The notes under the pieces were generated by a model. That model searched no databases. It saw only the letters and a list, made by a program, of their open reading frames with translations, and was not told where the DNA came from. DNA of 64,000 nt from Bryobacterales bacterium. Its GTDB lineage: Bacteria; Acidobacteriota; Terriglobia; Bryobacterales; UBA6623. The position numbers and the translations under genes were made by a program. This document shows positions 7,921-17,589 of this stretch, piece by piece (the first letter of the stretch is position 1; each line of letters starts with the position of its first letter). The stretch is from positions 5,113,132 through 5,177,131 of the forward strand of contig OZ241997.1 in the NCBI GenBank assembly GCA_965204435.1, given 5' to 3'.

Positions 7921-10692
7921 TTAGAACGAAGCTCCCCAGCTATAGTTCAGGCGGGTGTACCAATAGGCTCCGTTAAAGCCGAACGGCGAAGCTTGGCTGA
8001 ACTGCGAACCCACAGCGTACTGGCGCGGGCTGATATCGGTGAAGTTGTTCAGCGCATTCTGCGCACCCCCGGCGATCGAGACGCCCTTTCCGATCCGGTA
8101 GTCGATCTCAAAGTCAACCAGCCACTCTCCGGGGTAGGTGTGCGCGTCTCTGCGTTCGTACCACTCTCCGTAATAGCTCAACCGTCCCATCAGACTGAAT
8201 CGGTCCAGCCGCTGTTTCCAGGTTGCGTTGAGGCGATCCATCGGCAAGGTGTATTTCAGCCGCCGGATGCGCTCGTCACTGAGCAGATCAGGGTTGTACT
8301 GGGTGATATCGGTGCTGGTGTGGTTGTACAGGAAGCTCAGCTCGGACTTGGCCGTGGGGGCTAGCACCGCTACGATGTCGATGCCTTGCGTTACCGTGTC
8401 GAAGTCGTTGATGAAGAACCGGAACGAGCGCAGGTTGCCGGCACTGGTGACTCCCTCGGCGACCAGACCGGCTACCTCGCTGTCATGGAGTTCGAAATTC
8501 TGCGACAGGGCGAGGCGATCCTCAATAGCGATGCGGAAGAAGTCCGCGGTCAGCGTGAAGATCCCTGCCTCCGCGATCGCACCCGCCGTGAAGTTCAGCG
8601 AAGTCTCGGGTTGCAGGCCCTGCCCGCCACGCAATGCAGCCACTCTCGAGTTCGAGGGGATCGTGCCGCGATTGACCAATTCTCCCGTTGTGGGATCGAA
8701 CTGCGTCGATACGTTGAAGGCGTTTTGCTGGCCTGGAGTCGGCGCACGGAAGCCAGTGCTCGCGCTAGCGCGCACGGCGAAGCCATCGGTCACGGCTGCA
8801 CGGGCGGCCGTCTTCCAGTTCAGGGTGTTGCCGAAGTCCGCGAAGCGTTCGAAGCGCAGAGCGCCGCCCCAGATGAAGCGATCCTCCGCGTCGGAGAGTT
8901 CTACGTCGGCGTATAGCGCCGAATTCCTCCGATTCCAGCTGCCCACTGCGATCGGGCTGAAGCCGGGAAACCCATTGGAGCCGGCGCTGAAGCCTTGCGC
9001 AGCATACGGCCCAAACGACCACGACTCCTCCTGGCCTTGCTCGATCGTGAATCCTTCGTTGCGGACTTCCGCTCCGGCCGCAAAATGGACGAATTCACTG
9101 GCCTCGTATGCGATGTCGAAGTTCGCGTTGAGGTCCTGTTGGCGGTACAGGCCCGGATTGAATTCGGTCGGAGTGTCGGGGCCGAGCGAGGCGTTCACCG
9201 TGTTGTTGATGAAGAAATCGACCTCGCTGGTGCCGGCACTGACGCTGGCGTCCCATCGCAGGCCGCCGGCGAATTGACCTCGGATACCGCCCACGATGGA
9301 ACTGTCAATGTAAAAGCCGCCAAAGTTCGGCGTAAAGCCGCCGGGGAACAGTTCTTGGAAACTGAAACAGTTCGGGTCGGAGAACACTCGGCTCAACGCC
9401 GCTTGGTCGGGCACATGATCCACAATGGGCACGGCCGGACACCCGGCTGAGCCGTCCAAGACTCCATCTTGGGCGTCCAAGGCGTCTCCGATCAATAACG
9501 ACTTGCCGCCATCGCCGCTGAACACAGCTCCCCGCGTGTTGGGGTTGCGGAAAAAGAAGCCGCCGGTTGCCTTGCGGCTGGCATAGTTCGTATGGGCGTA
9601 GACTTGAGTCGATTCTCCGACCAGCTTGCCGAAGTTTCCGAAGAACTTCGCGTTGTCGCGCTCTTCTGGCGAACCCCAGATTTGGGCCGGGTTGCGCACA
9701 GCGGTGTTGCCCGCCGCGATCAGGGCGGCTGCATCGCCGCGTTGGACGCTCCGATCGGTAGGATCGGAGTTGCCGTACTCGAAACTGAGGTTGGCGAAGC
9801 CGCCCTCGCCCAGCGGCATGCCCACGTTGGCCGCATAGGTGATGCTCTGACCGTCCGGTCCGCGATCTGGAATATCCCCGCCTTGATAGGCGCCTGCCCG
9901 GACTTCCACACTGCCGCCGCTGGGGGCGTCTTTGAGGGTGAAGTTCAGCACGCCCGCGATGGCGTCGGAACCGTATTGGGCGGACGCCCCGTCTCGCAAG
10001 ACTTCGACCTGCTTCAGTGCGATCGACGGTATGACGGAGATATCTGCGCCCTGTGAGCCATCGGCCACGCCGGCGCCGACCCACGAGATCACTCCCCCAC
10101 GGTGTCTGCGCTTGCCGTTGACCAGCACCAAAGTGTGATCCGGGGCTAGGTTGCGCAGGTTTGCCGGGCGGATGATCATCGCCCCGTCGGCGATCGGATT
10201 TCGGCTCACGTTGAACGACGGAACCACGTTGCGCAACTGAGAGAGCAGGTCGGCACCTCCTTGTTGCACGAACTCTTCGGCAGCGATGACGTCGACGGGC
10301 ACGAGCGACTCGGTCACGGTGCGAGCTTCGGCACGACTTCCCACCACGACCAGTTCTTGGGCAAAGGTCTCGATCTGCAGGACCACGGTGATTTGTCCGG
10401 TCGCTTCCTGAGCGGTGACTTCCTGCGGCTCAAAGCCTGGTGCGAGGACAACCAGAGAGTGAGGGTCCTGTCCTAGATCGCACAGCGAGGCCACGCCGTT
10501 CTCGTCCGCGGGCACTTCCTTCGAGCCAACCGAGACGACGGCCGTGGGCAGTTGGGCAGAAGTTGGGTCCAGCACGTGCACCTGCAGGCACGGCGATTGG
10601 GCCGCCGGCTGCTGCGCGGCAAGGGAAACTGCGAACGCAATGGAGGCGAGCGCCAGAATGCGCCCAACAAAGATGGTCGGATCGTGTTGCAT
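7921..10692 (-). CDS. TonB-dependent receptor with N-terminal carboxypeptidase-regulatory-like domain
   Basis: 923 aa with a signal peptide (ILALASIAFAVSLAAQ). An Ig-like N-terminal domain is followed by a plug region (VVVGSRAEARTVTESLVPVDVI..., DGKRRHRGG). The beta-barrel ends in an aromatic residue (...YSWGASF). Confidence 0.85.
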   Translation of the reverse strand: MQHDPTIFVGRILALASIAFAVSLAAQQPAAQSPCLQVHVLDPTSAQLPTAVVSVGSKEVPADENGVASLCDLGQDPHSLVVLAPGFEPQEVTAQEATGQITVVLQIETFAQELVVVGSRAEARTVTESLVPVDVIAAEEFVQQGGADLLSQLRNVVPSFNVSRNPIADGAMIIRPANLRNLAPDHTLVLVNGKRRHRGGVISWVGAGVADGSQGADISVIPSIALKQVEVLRDGASAQYGSDAIAGVLNFTLKDAPSGGSVEVRAGAYQGGDIPDRGPDGQSITYAANVGMPLGEGGFANLSFEYGNSDPTDRSVQRGDAAALIAAGNTAVRNPAQIWGSPEERDNAKFFGNFGKLVGESTQVYAHTNYASRKATGGFFFRNPNTRGAVFSGDGGKSLLIGDALDAQDGVLDGSAGCPAVPIVDHVPDQAALSRVFSDPNCFSFQELFPGGFTPNFGGFYIDSSIVGGIRGQFAGGLRWDASVSAGTSEVDFFINNTVNASLGPDTPTEFNPGLYRQQDLNANFDIAYEASEFVHFAAGAEVRNEGFTIEQGQEESWSFGPYAAQGFSAGSNGFPGFSPIAVGSWNRRNSALYADVELSDAEDRFIWGGALRFERFADFGNTLNWKTAARAAVTDGFAVRASASTGFRAPTPGQQNAFNVSTQFDPTTGELVNRGTIPSNSRVAALRGGQGLQPETSLNFTAGAIAEAGIFTLTADFFRIAIEDRLALSQNFELHDSEVAGLVAEGVTSAGNLRSFRFFINDFDTVTQGIDIVAVLAPTAKSELSFLYNHTSTDITQYNPDLLSDERIRRLKYTLPMDRLNATWKQRLDRFSLMGRLSYYGEWYERRDAHTYPGEWLVDFEIDYRIGKGVSIAGGAQNALNNFTDISPRQYAVGSQFSQASPFGFNGAYWYTRLNYSWGASF

Positions 10693-10835
10693 TGAGATCT
10701 TGCTACCCGCGGTCGATATTGGTTTTAGGGCCTATGTCTTCATCGTAGCCTGACTGGCGACTTCGCGATTTTTCCAGCTATCTTATTGAATCCATTTAAG
10801 TTGGATCCCCGCATACCTCTTCTGCGCGTTGCAAG

Positions 10836-11309
10836 GTGCACGAATCATCGTTCCCGATTGGCTACAGTGGGCGCGTGACGGACTGGCTCACGGTGGAACA
10901 GAGACGCCGCGTCATGCAGGCCGTGAAAGGCAAGGACACCGGCCCTGAGCTGACCGTGCGCAGGATCGTGCATCGCCTGGGCTATCGCTACCGGTTGCAT
11001 AGCAAGGGCCTGCCGGGCCGTCCGGATCTCGTGTTCGGTCCGCGCAAGAAGGTGATTTTCGTCCACGGCTGTTTCTGGCATGCTCACAATTGCCGATACG
11101 GGCGAATGCCGGAATCGCGCCAGGAGTACTGGGTCCCCAAGCTGATCGGCAACATGGAGCGCGACAAGGCCAACGTGGCCAAGTTGGAGGCGATGGGTTG
11201 GAAGGTTCTCACCGTTTGGGAGTGCGAAGTCAAGAAGACCGCGGAGCTGGTGGACCGTCTGACCGAGTTCTTGGACAGCAAGCAAGGGCCGCGAGCGAAT
11301 AGCGGGTAG
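10836..11309 (+). CDS. vsr: very short patch repair endonuclease Vsr
   Basis: TVEQRRRVMQAVKGKDTGPE, LPGRPDLVF, IFVHGCFWHAHNC and WKVLTVWECE match the Vsr signature seen in E. coli Vsr (RSKNMRAI..DT..E, LPGRPDFV, FTHGCFWH, VWEC). The real start may be the in-frame GTG at 10875. Confidence 0.85.
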   Translation: MHESSFPIGYSGRVTDWLTVEQRRRVMQAVKGKDTGPELTVRRIVHRLGYRYRLHSKGLPGRPDLVFGPRKKVIFVHGCFWHAHNCRYGRMPESRQEYWVPKLIGNMERDKANVAKLEAMGWKVLTVWECEVKKTAELVDRLTEFLDSKQGPRANSG

Positions 11310-11310
11310 A

Positions 11311-11347
11311 CTTCGCCTGGCGGCTCGTCCGCACCGTTTAGGCGAAG
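11311..11347. terminator. stem-loop between convergent vsr and SSS genes
   Basis: cttcgcct (11311-11318) pairs with aggcgaag (11340-11347), with an inner gcgg/ccgc pairing. There is no U-tract, and the right arm overlaps the SSS stop codon. Confidence 0.25.
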
Positions 11348-13011
11348 TAGACCAGCATGAAGACCGTGGCTGCCCCGAGCAGCCACCCCCACGGGCGCTC
11401 GCTGGCCCAAAAGCTCCGTACTTTGCCGTCTTGTGCGACTGGCCGGCCCCACCAAGTGAGCCGCTCGGTGTCGGCCCGAACGGATCGGTCGCGCGAGCTC
11501 ACCCAGACCAAGATGGCCAGAGCGAACGCCGAGGTCAGAGCCGTGCGGTGCAGGAAGTTGAGTTCCGCCCCGAACAGCGGTTCGACAGCCGAGCCCGGGG
11601 CCCACAAACCGTAGAGCCACTGGACGCCGAAGGAGAAGAACGGAGAGGCCAGCAGCGCCCAGAACGCTCCCTCTGCTGACGCCCGCCGCCAGAGCACGCC
11701 GCCGAGAAACGCCACGGCGATGCCTGGAACCACGTGTCCCATCTGTGCCGGCACCTTCAGGAAGAAGTTGTCCGCGGCTTCCTCGGTGTAGATCACCGCG
11801 GCGATGCAGGCGGCGATTAGCACGAATGCGACGATGCACAGCCGGCCTACCCGGATCAGCTTGCGCTCCGAAGCGTCCGGGTCGACGTACTTGCGGTAGA
11901 AGTCAAACGTCAGCAAGGTCGCGCCCGAGTTCATCATCGAGTCGATGCTGGAGAGGATCGCCCCGATCAGGCCGGCCGTGATGATGCCCACCAAGCCATA
12001 GCCGGCCGGCACCACCATCTGAACCAGCAGCGGGAATGCGTCGTCGGGCAGGGGCAGGGCCGAAATCTCCCCTCGTGTCAGGCTCGCGTCGAAGAGCAGG
12101 CCGGCGGCCACTCCAGTGGCGATGGACACAAAGGGAATCAGCAACTTGAGAAAGCCCGCTACCAGAATCCCCATGCGAGCGTCGAACTCGCTCTTGGCCG
12201 CCAGCGCCCGCTGCGCGATGAACTGGTTGGTGGACCAATAGAAGATGTGAATGATCAGCAGGCCGCTGAACACGCCAGTCCAAGGTAGCTGCGGGTGATC
12301 GGCCGGCAGGTAGAGGTGGAACTTCTGCTCGGCGGCGGGAAGCGCCGCGTCCTTGGCGAGCAATCCGCCCAGTCCGCCGACTTCAGGCTGGCCGAACACC
12401 AGCACTGCGACAAAGACGCCGGCCAGCAGCAATAGCACGGATTGCATCACGTCGGTCCAGATGACCGCCTTCAGCCCGCCGACGATCGTGTAAGTGGCTG
12501 TCACCAGGGCGAAGATCGCAATGCCACCCGTGTAGCTGATCGCCAGCGGAGTGCCGTCGAGCAGGTAGCTCAGCGCCCTCGCCCCGATGTAGAACCCGAG
12601 CGCCATGCGCACGATCACGATGGTGAGAATGTTGAACGCCGAATACAACACGCTGCTGCGGTCGTCATAGCGCTTGGCCAGGTACTCGGAGAGCGTGTAC
12701 AGTCCCATATCGCGATACAGCGGCAGGAACACGAATGCCAGCATCAACAGCCCGGCAATCGCCAAGAACTCGAAATGAGCCTGCGCGAACCCGATCGAAT
12801 AGCCGATCCCCAGCATGCCCACTAGATGGTCGGCACTGACGTTGGTGCCGAAGATCGAGCCGGCAACGCCCCACCACGGCACGGTCCGGCCCGCTAGGTA
12901 ATAGTCGGCAGCGGTCTCTTCCTTGCGCCCGGCCCACAAGCCGATCCCCAGCACGGCCGCAATGCTTGCGACGAAGATGAAGATGTCAAGCGTCGACAGT
13001 GGAATCGGCAC
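11338..13011 (-). CDS. sodium:solute symporter family transporter
   Basis: 557 aa. The N-terminus DYYLAGRTVPWWGVAGSIFGTNVSADHLVGMLG is typical of the SSS family. About 13-14 TM segments. Confidence 0.8.
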   Translation of the reverse strand: MPIPLSTLDIFIFVASIAAVLGIGLWAGRKEETAADYYLAGRTVPWWGVAGSIFGTNVSADHLVGMLGIGYSIGFAQAHFEFLAIAGLLMLAFVFLPLYRDMGLYTLSEYLAKRYDDRSSVLYSAFNILTIVIVRMALGFYIGARALSYLLDGTPLAISYTGGIAIFALVTATYTIVGGLKAVIWTDVMQSVLLLLAGVFVAVLVFGQPEVGGLGGLLAKDAALPAAEQKFHLYLPADHPQLPWTGVFSGLLIIHIFYWSTNQFIAQRALAAKSEFDARMGILVAGFLKLLIPFVSIATGVAAGLLFDASLTRGEISALPLPDDAFPLLVQMVVPAGYGLVGIITAGLIGAILSSIDSMMNSGATLLTFDFYRKYVDPDASERKLIRVGRLCIVAFVLIAACIAAVIYTEEAADNFFLKVPAQMGHVVPGIAVAFLGGVLWRRASAEGAFWALLASPFFSFGVQWLYGLWAPGSAVEPLFGAELNFLHRTALTSAFALAILVWVSSRDRSVRADTERLTWWGRPVAQDGKVRSFWASERPWGWLLGAATVFMLVYFA

Positions 13012-13046
13012 GGCTCAAAGGGTAATGCAGGGATGTCTGGCACTCA

Positions 13047-14477
13047 CTACCAGATTCCGATCAGCTTCCACCACAAGGTGCCGATGGTACACCACACGAA
13101 CACGTTCCAGAGAGCGACCACGAAGCCGACCGACCACCACTGCTTGAAGCTGGTGTAGTCCTGCGAATAGAAGATCGGTGAAGGCACGGTGCCGTAGTGC
13201 GTCAGGCCCGCCGACAGGTTCGCGAGGCATGCGAGCAGGTAGACCACCAAGCCTACCGGGGCACCTTGGCCGAGCAAGAGGAGCAAGAAGACCGGAAACA
13301 AGGTCAGGAAGTGCATTGTGATGCTGGCCAGGCCATAGTGGGCGAAGAAGTAGATGGGGAGCACAATCGCCAGCATTGGCAGCCACGGCATGTCTCCCAG
13401 ACCAGCGCCGATGGCGTCGGTGAGAGCCCGGGGCACGCCGGCATCGCTGAGCGCCCTGCCCAGCGTGATCACCCCGCCGTACCAGATCATGATGTCCCAC
13501 ACGCCGTGCTGGCGGACCGCCTCCCGCCAGGGAAGGACGCCGCTTACGATCAATACGCAGGCTCCCGAAACCGAGGCCAGCGCCACCGGCACGGAGTGTA
13601 GGTTAGAGGTGATCCACAGGCTGCATACGGCGCACACAAGCGCGGTCGTGAACCACTCCCGCGGCCCCATCCTGCCAAGCTTTTGCAGCTCGTCTTTGGC
13701 GAACTGCATGGCATGTGGCGTGCGCTGGATGTCAGGCGGCACGAGCTTGGCCACGATCCAGACCAAGCCGGCAATGCTCACCAGGCTCGGCACGATTCCG
13801 GCCGCCGCCCAGTGCGCCCAAGTGAGTTCGTAGTCAGCGAGTGTTCGGGCCAGCTCCACAGCCACGAAATTCCCCGCCTGACCGGTCAGGAAGGTTGCCG
13901 TTGCCACGATCTCGCCTTGGTAGACGGCGGCCATCAGGAACGTGCCCAGCAACTTCGCCGTTGGGCCGGGGCGCGAGCCGTAGAGTTCCGCCATGCTGCG
14001 CGTGATGGGCATGATCACGCCGCCCGCCCGGGAGGTATTGGACGGGATCATGGTGGCCAGGGAGAGATCGCTCAGGATCAGCGCGTAGGCCACCCCCTTG
14101 GAATTCTTGCCGAAGTAGCGCACGAAGAGCAGCGCGACGCGCTTGGCGAGGTTTGTCGCGATCAGCACGTGTGCGATCAGAAGGGCGCCAACCACCAGCC
14201 ACACCGCTGGAGTAGCGAAGCCTGCCAAAGCTTGGTCCAAGCTCATGGTGCCGCTCCAGACAGCAGCGACCAAGGCCAGCAGGATCACCGCGCCGCCGGG
14301 AAGCGGCCGCAGCATCAACCCCGTAATGGCGGAAGCAAACACCCCGGTCAGCCGCCAGCCTTCGTCTGAAACGCTCTCCGGGCGGGGCAGGATCCAATAG
14401 ACGGCAAGCCCTATCGCGACAACGATGGCTAGGCGCCTCATGTCGGGAGCGGCGCTTGCAGGGGGATCGGACGGCAT
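13047..14477 (-). CDS. DASS-family (divalent anion:Na+ symporter / CitT-like) anion transporter
   Basis: 476 aa and polytopic. SDLSLATMIPSNTSRAGGVIMPI is the conserved SNT hairpin motif of DASS transporters. Confidence 0.75.
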   Translation of the reverse strand: MPSDPPASAAPDMRRLAIVVAIGLAVYWILPRPESVSDEGWRLTGVFASAITGLMLRPLPGGAVILLALVAAVWSGTMSLDQALAGFATPAVWLVVGALLIAHVLIATNLAKRVALLFVRYFGKNSKGVAYALILSDLSLATMIPSNTSRAGGVIMPITRSMAELYGSRPGPTAKLLGTFLMAAVYQGEIVATATFLTGQAGNFVAVELARTLADYELTWAHWAAAGIVPSLVSIAGLVWIVAKLVPPDIQRTPHAMQFAKDELQKLGRMGPREWFTTALVCAVCSLWITSNLHSVPVALASVSGACVLIVSGVLPWREAVRQHGVWDIMIWYGGVITLGRALSDAGVPRALTDAIGAGLGDMPWLPMLAIVLPIYFFAHYGLASITMHFLTLFPVFLLLLLGQGAPVGLVVYLLACLANLSAGLTHYGTVPSPIFYSQDYTSFKQWWSVGFVVALWNVFVWCTIGTLWWKLIGIW

Positions 14478-14538
14478 TAGCGGGTATCGAGAACCGGCGG
14501 GCGAGGGTCGGGTTCGACTTCGGGTCAGCGATCTCCCA

Positions 14539-15708
14539 TCAAACCACGGACAGCGTTTCGGTATCCCAGCCGACGGTCCGCGACTCGTTCAGGGAGATGT
14601 TGGCGAGCTGCACGATTAGCGCGGCTTGGAAACCCTTGTCCATCGTTGCTCGCGGCTTCTCGCGAGTGCGTACGCAGTGCAGGAAGTTCATGACGTGGTC
14701 GATGGTGGCTTGGGCGAAGCCGCCGGGCTGTTCCTTGTCGAGCGAAGGAGTTTCGGGGGAATCGTGGGGAAACACGCGCAAGAACTCCCGTCCGATGTCC
14801 ATGCGGGCCAGCGTGCCGTCGTAGGCATTGAGCTGGTCGGCGCGGCTGGCGTAGCGCATCGCGTTGTAGTTGATGGTAAAGATCGCCATGAAGCCTTGCG
14901 GGTACTCGGCTGCCACCACGACGGACTCGGGCTGGTCCATGCCCGCCACGTGCGGTCGCAACGCGGAGGCGTTGACTGCGACGGGGTAGCCCGCATCCAT
15001 GATCAAGTGGATCGAATCGAAGATGTGGCAGCCTTGGTCCTGCGCGATGCCGCCCGAGTATGCCGCTAGGCTGCGCCAGTTGAAGAAGACCAGGGGGTCC
15101 TTGGGGATCCCGGGCGAAGGCCCGAGCCACGCTTCCCAGTTGATCGGTCCCTTGAACGTATCGCGGCGCGGTTCGGTGCGCGAATTAAGCCAATACGTGC
15201 GTACCATGCGCACAGTGCCTAGCTCGCCGCCGCGCCGGATTTCCCGAGCCTCCAGGTACAGGTTGTAGCTGCGCCGCTGCATGCCGACCTGCACTATGCG
15301 ATCTGACTCGCGTTCCGCCTCGACTAGTTCCTTGCCCTCGGCGGGCGTATGGCACAGCGGCTTCTCGACATACACGTCTTTCCCGGCGGCCATCGCGTCC
15401 AGCGTCATGCGGTGATGCCAGTGCTCCGGTGTCGCGATAAGGACCGCGTCCACATCCTTGTCGTCGAGCACTCGTTTGTAATCGCGGTAGGCCTTGGTGC
15501 CCGGGCCGGCCGCCGAGAGACCTGACTCGAGGTTGGGCTCGTACACGTCGCAGACGCCGTGGACGGAGAGATTCGGATCGCGCTTGAACTCGGACATCAC
15601 TCTTCGACCGCGCCCGCCCGCGCCGATCAACGCGAGGCGGACCGCATCGCTGGGAGTTTGTGCTAGGGCCGCACCCGCGCTAGATAGAAAGAAAATGCGC
15701 CGGTTCAT
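14539..15708 (-). CDS. Gfo/Idh/MocA-family oxidoreductase with twin-arginine signal
   Basis: Start set at MNRRIFFLSSAGAALAQ (ATG 15708), which carries a Tat-like RRxFFL motif. This is followed by a Rossmann motif LALIGAGGRGRR and the EKPL motif (DVYVEKPLCHT). The longer ORF-track form (to 15936) has no supporting features. Confidence 0.8.
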   Translation of the reverse strand: MNRRIFFLSSAGAALAQTPSDAVRLALIGAGGRGRRVMSEFKRDPNLSVHGVCDVYEPNLESGLSAAGPGTKAYRDYKRVLDDKDVDAVLIATPEHWHHRMTLDAMAAGKDVYVEKPLCHTPAEGKELVEAERESDRIVQVGMQRRSYNLYLEAREIRRGGELGTVRMVRTYWLNSRTEPRRDTFKGPINWEAWLGPSPGIPKDPLVFFNWRSLAAYSGGIAQDQGCHIFDSIHLIMDAGYPVAVNASALRPHVAGMDQPESVVVAAEYPQGFMAIFTINYNAMRYASRADQLNAYDGTLARMDIGREFLRVFPHDSPETPSLDKEQPGGFAQATIDHVMNFLHCVRTREKPRATMDKGFQAALIVQLANISLNESRTVGWDTETLSVV

Positions 15709-15811
15709 GCGTGCGAAGATTCTCGCATATCGCCGAGCATGTACAGCGCATACCCAGCAATGCCTGCCTAGTGCCCGCAGGATCCCGCGCCGCCCGTACG
15801 ACAATGAAGGC

Positions 15812-16693
15812 ATGGGTGGCGACCAACAGGCCGGCTCCGGCTTCGCATCGCGCAAGGCAACGTTGTTCGCGACGGCGCTGGCGATCGCCAGCGTCGTGAT
15901 TCCGTTCTGGTTCTGGATGGACACGTGGTTCGGCAAGGAACTTTCCGACGAACAGATTCAGGAGTACCTCACGGACACAGAGCGACCTCGCCGGGCCCAG
16001 CACGCAATGGCCCAGATCTCTGGGCGCATGAGTGCGGGCGACGGGTCGGTGAAGGAGTGGTATCCGTTGCTGCTGGAATTGGCCCGCCATGAGTTGCCCG
16101 AGTTGAGACTGACCGTTGCCTGGCTCATGGGCGACGACCCTTCCAGCGCTGAATTCCACGCGGCCCTGCTGGACCTCGTCTCCGACCCGGATCCGCTGGT
16201 GCGCCGTAACGCCGCCCTCGCGCTGGCAAAGTTTGGCGACCCCGCCGGTCGCGCTGAGATGCGCGGCATGCTCCAGAGCCAGCGGGTCGTCAGCGAGCAC
16301 GACGGTATTGTGCGGAATCGCCTCCAACCCGGCGATGCTTTCGATGCCGGGGCATTGCTAGTGCGGGTCGAGCCGCAGGGCGGCGGCGATCCCTTCGATG
16401 TCCGCGCTGCCGTTCCCGGCATTGTTGACCGCCAGCTGCGCGCGGACGGTGACACGGTTAGCAGCGGGGACGAAGTCACTCTGGTTCGGCCGGAAATGAC
16501 GCATGTCATGCAGGCCTTGCTGGGACTCTACATGGTGGGGACCAGCGAAGACATCGCCTTGATCCAGCCCTACCAGCGGCCCCGCGACGAACTGGGGCCG
16601 CAAGTCGCCCAGCAGGCCCGGCAGACGTTGGAGCGAATTCGCCAAGTGGTGGGAGGTCAAGCTGCGGGCGCGCCAGCTGCGGCTTCCAATTGA
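15812..16693 (+). CDS. membrane-anchored HEAT-repeat protein with C-terminal barrel-sandwich (lipoyl/HlyD-like) region
   Basis: Start set at MGGDQQ (15812), after the divergent neighbour's start. One TM helix (LFATALAIASVVIPFWFWM). HEAT-like repeats (LVSDPDPLVRRNAALALAKFGDP). The upstream part of the 399-aa ORF overlaps the oxidoreductase gene on the other strand. Confidence 0.5.
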   Translation: MGGDQQAGSGFASRKATLFATALAIASVVIPFWFWMDTWFGKELSDEQIQEYLTDTERPRRAQHAMAQISGRMSAGDGSVKEWYPLLLELARHELPELRLTVAWLMGDDPSSAEFHAALLDLVSDPDPLVRRNAALALAKFGDPAGRAEMRGMLQSQRVVSEHDGIVRNRLQPGDAFDAGALLVRVEPQGGGDPFDVRAAVPGIVDRQLRADGDTVSSGDEVTLVRPEMTHVMQALLGLYMVGTSEDIALIQPYQRPRDELGPQVAQQARQTLERIRQVVGGQAAGAPAAASN

Positions 16694-17571
16694 TCCAGCG
16701 TCACGATTTCGTAGCAGCTTGGATCATGCATGATGCGATCCACTAGCGCCACGTGCATCGCATGCCCTGCGCGGGAGGCGACCACTCTTCCCAGTAACGG
16801 GTAGCCGAGCAGGGCAAGGTCGCCGATCAGATCTAGCAGCTTGTGGCGGCACGGTTCGTCCGCAAAGCGCAGGCCGCCCTCGTTGAGCACGGAATCGGTT
16901 CCGAAGCAGACGGCGTTCTCCAGCGACGCGCCGCGAATCAAGCCTTGGTCTCGCAGCAGGTCCAGGTCTTGCACAAAGCCGAATGTCCGAGCTGGGGCAA
17001 TGCCTTCTACGTAGGCCTGCGGAGTGACCGTCAGCTCCTGTCTTTGGGGGCCGACCAGCGGGTGCGGATACCGAGTCTCGCAGACCACGCGGAACTCTTG
17101 GGCGGGTTCGATGGAGATGCGCTTTTCCCCGTCGCGCACTTCGACGGGCCGGATCACGCGCAGGTAGCGCCGGTGCCTGCGCTGCTTGCGCATCCCCGCC
17201 TTGCGCAGCAAGTCCGCCCACGGCAGCGCGCTGCCGTCCAGGATCGGGACTTCCAGTTGGTCGATCTCGATGCGCACGTTGTCCACGCCCAGCGCCCGCA
17301 GGCTGCTCAGCAGATGCTCGGTCGTCGACAGCAGCACGCTCTGGCGCATGAGGCTGGTTGCGAAGCTGACCCTCGCAACATGGCGCCAGCTTGCGCGGAT
17401 CGAGAAATTGTCCAGATCGGTACGTACGAACACTACTCCCTGGCCCGCCGCAGCCGGTGCAAGGCGCAAGTTGACGGCGACTCCGTAATGCAGCCCGACG
17501 CCGCTGGCGGCCACCGGGCGTTCAATCGTGTGCTCGTAACGAGCAGCGCTGCCGTTGGCGGGGAGAAGCAC
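16657..17571 (-). CDS. lpxC: UDP-3-O-acyl-N-acetylglucosamine deacetylase
   Basis: SGVGLHYG, TTEHLLSSLRALGVDN, EVPILDGSA and HKLLDLIGDLALLG...SRAGHAMH are LpxC signatures. GTG start at 17571. Confidence 0.9.
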   Translation of the reverse strand: MLLPANGSAARYEHTIERPVAASGVGLHYGVAVNLRLAPAAAGQGVVFVRTDLDNFSIRASWRHVARVSFATSLMRQSVLLSTTEHLLSSLRALGVDNVRIEIDQLEVPILDGSALPWADLLRKAGMRKQRRHRRYLRVIRPVEVRDGEKRISIEPAQEFRVVCETRYPHPLVGPQRQELTVTPQAYVEGIAPARTFGFVQDLDLLRDQGLIRGASLENAVCFGTDSVLNEGGLRFADEPCRHKLLDLIGDLALLGYPLLGRVVASRAGHAMHVALVDRIMHDPSCYEIVTLDQLEAAAGAPAA

Positions 17572-17589
17572 GAACCGAAGCTCTCTGTC

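Noticed and set aside
15494-15811. Long N-terminal extensions of ORF-track entries (15494, 20147, 23125, 24141, 29201, 31147, 39738, 48688, 49655, 52655, 15936, 20152, 7480)
   Set aside because: The extensions overlap neighbouring genes or lack homology-like sequence. Internal starts coincide with conserved protein N-termini, signal peptides and/or SD sequences, so I used those.
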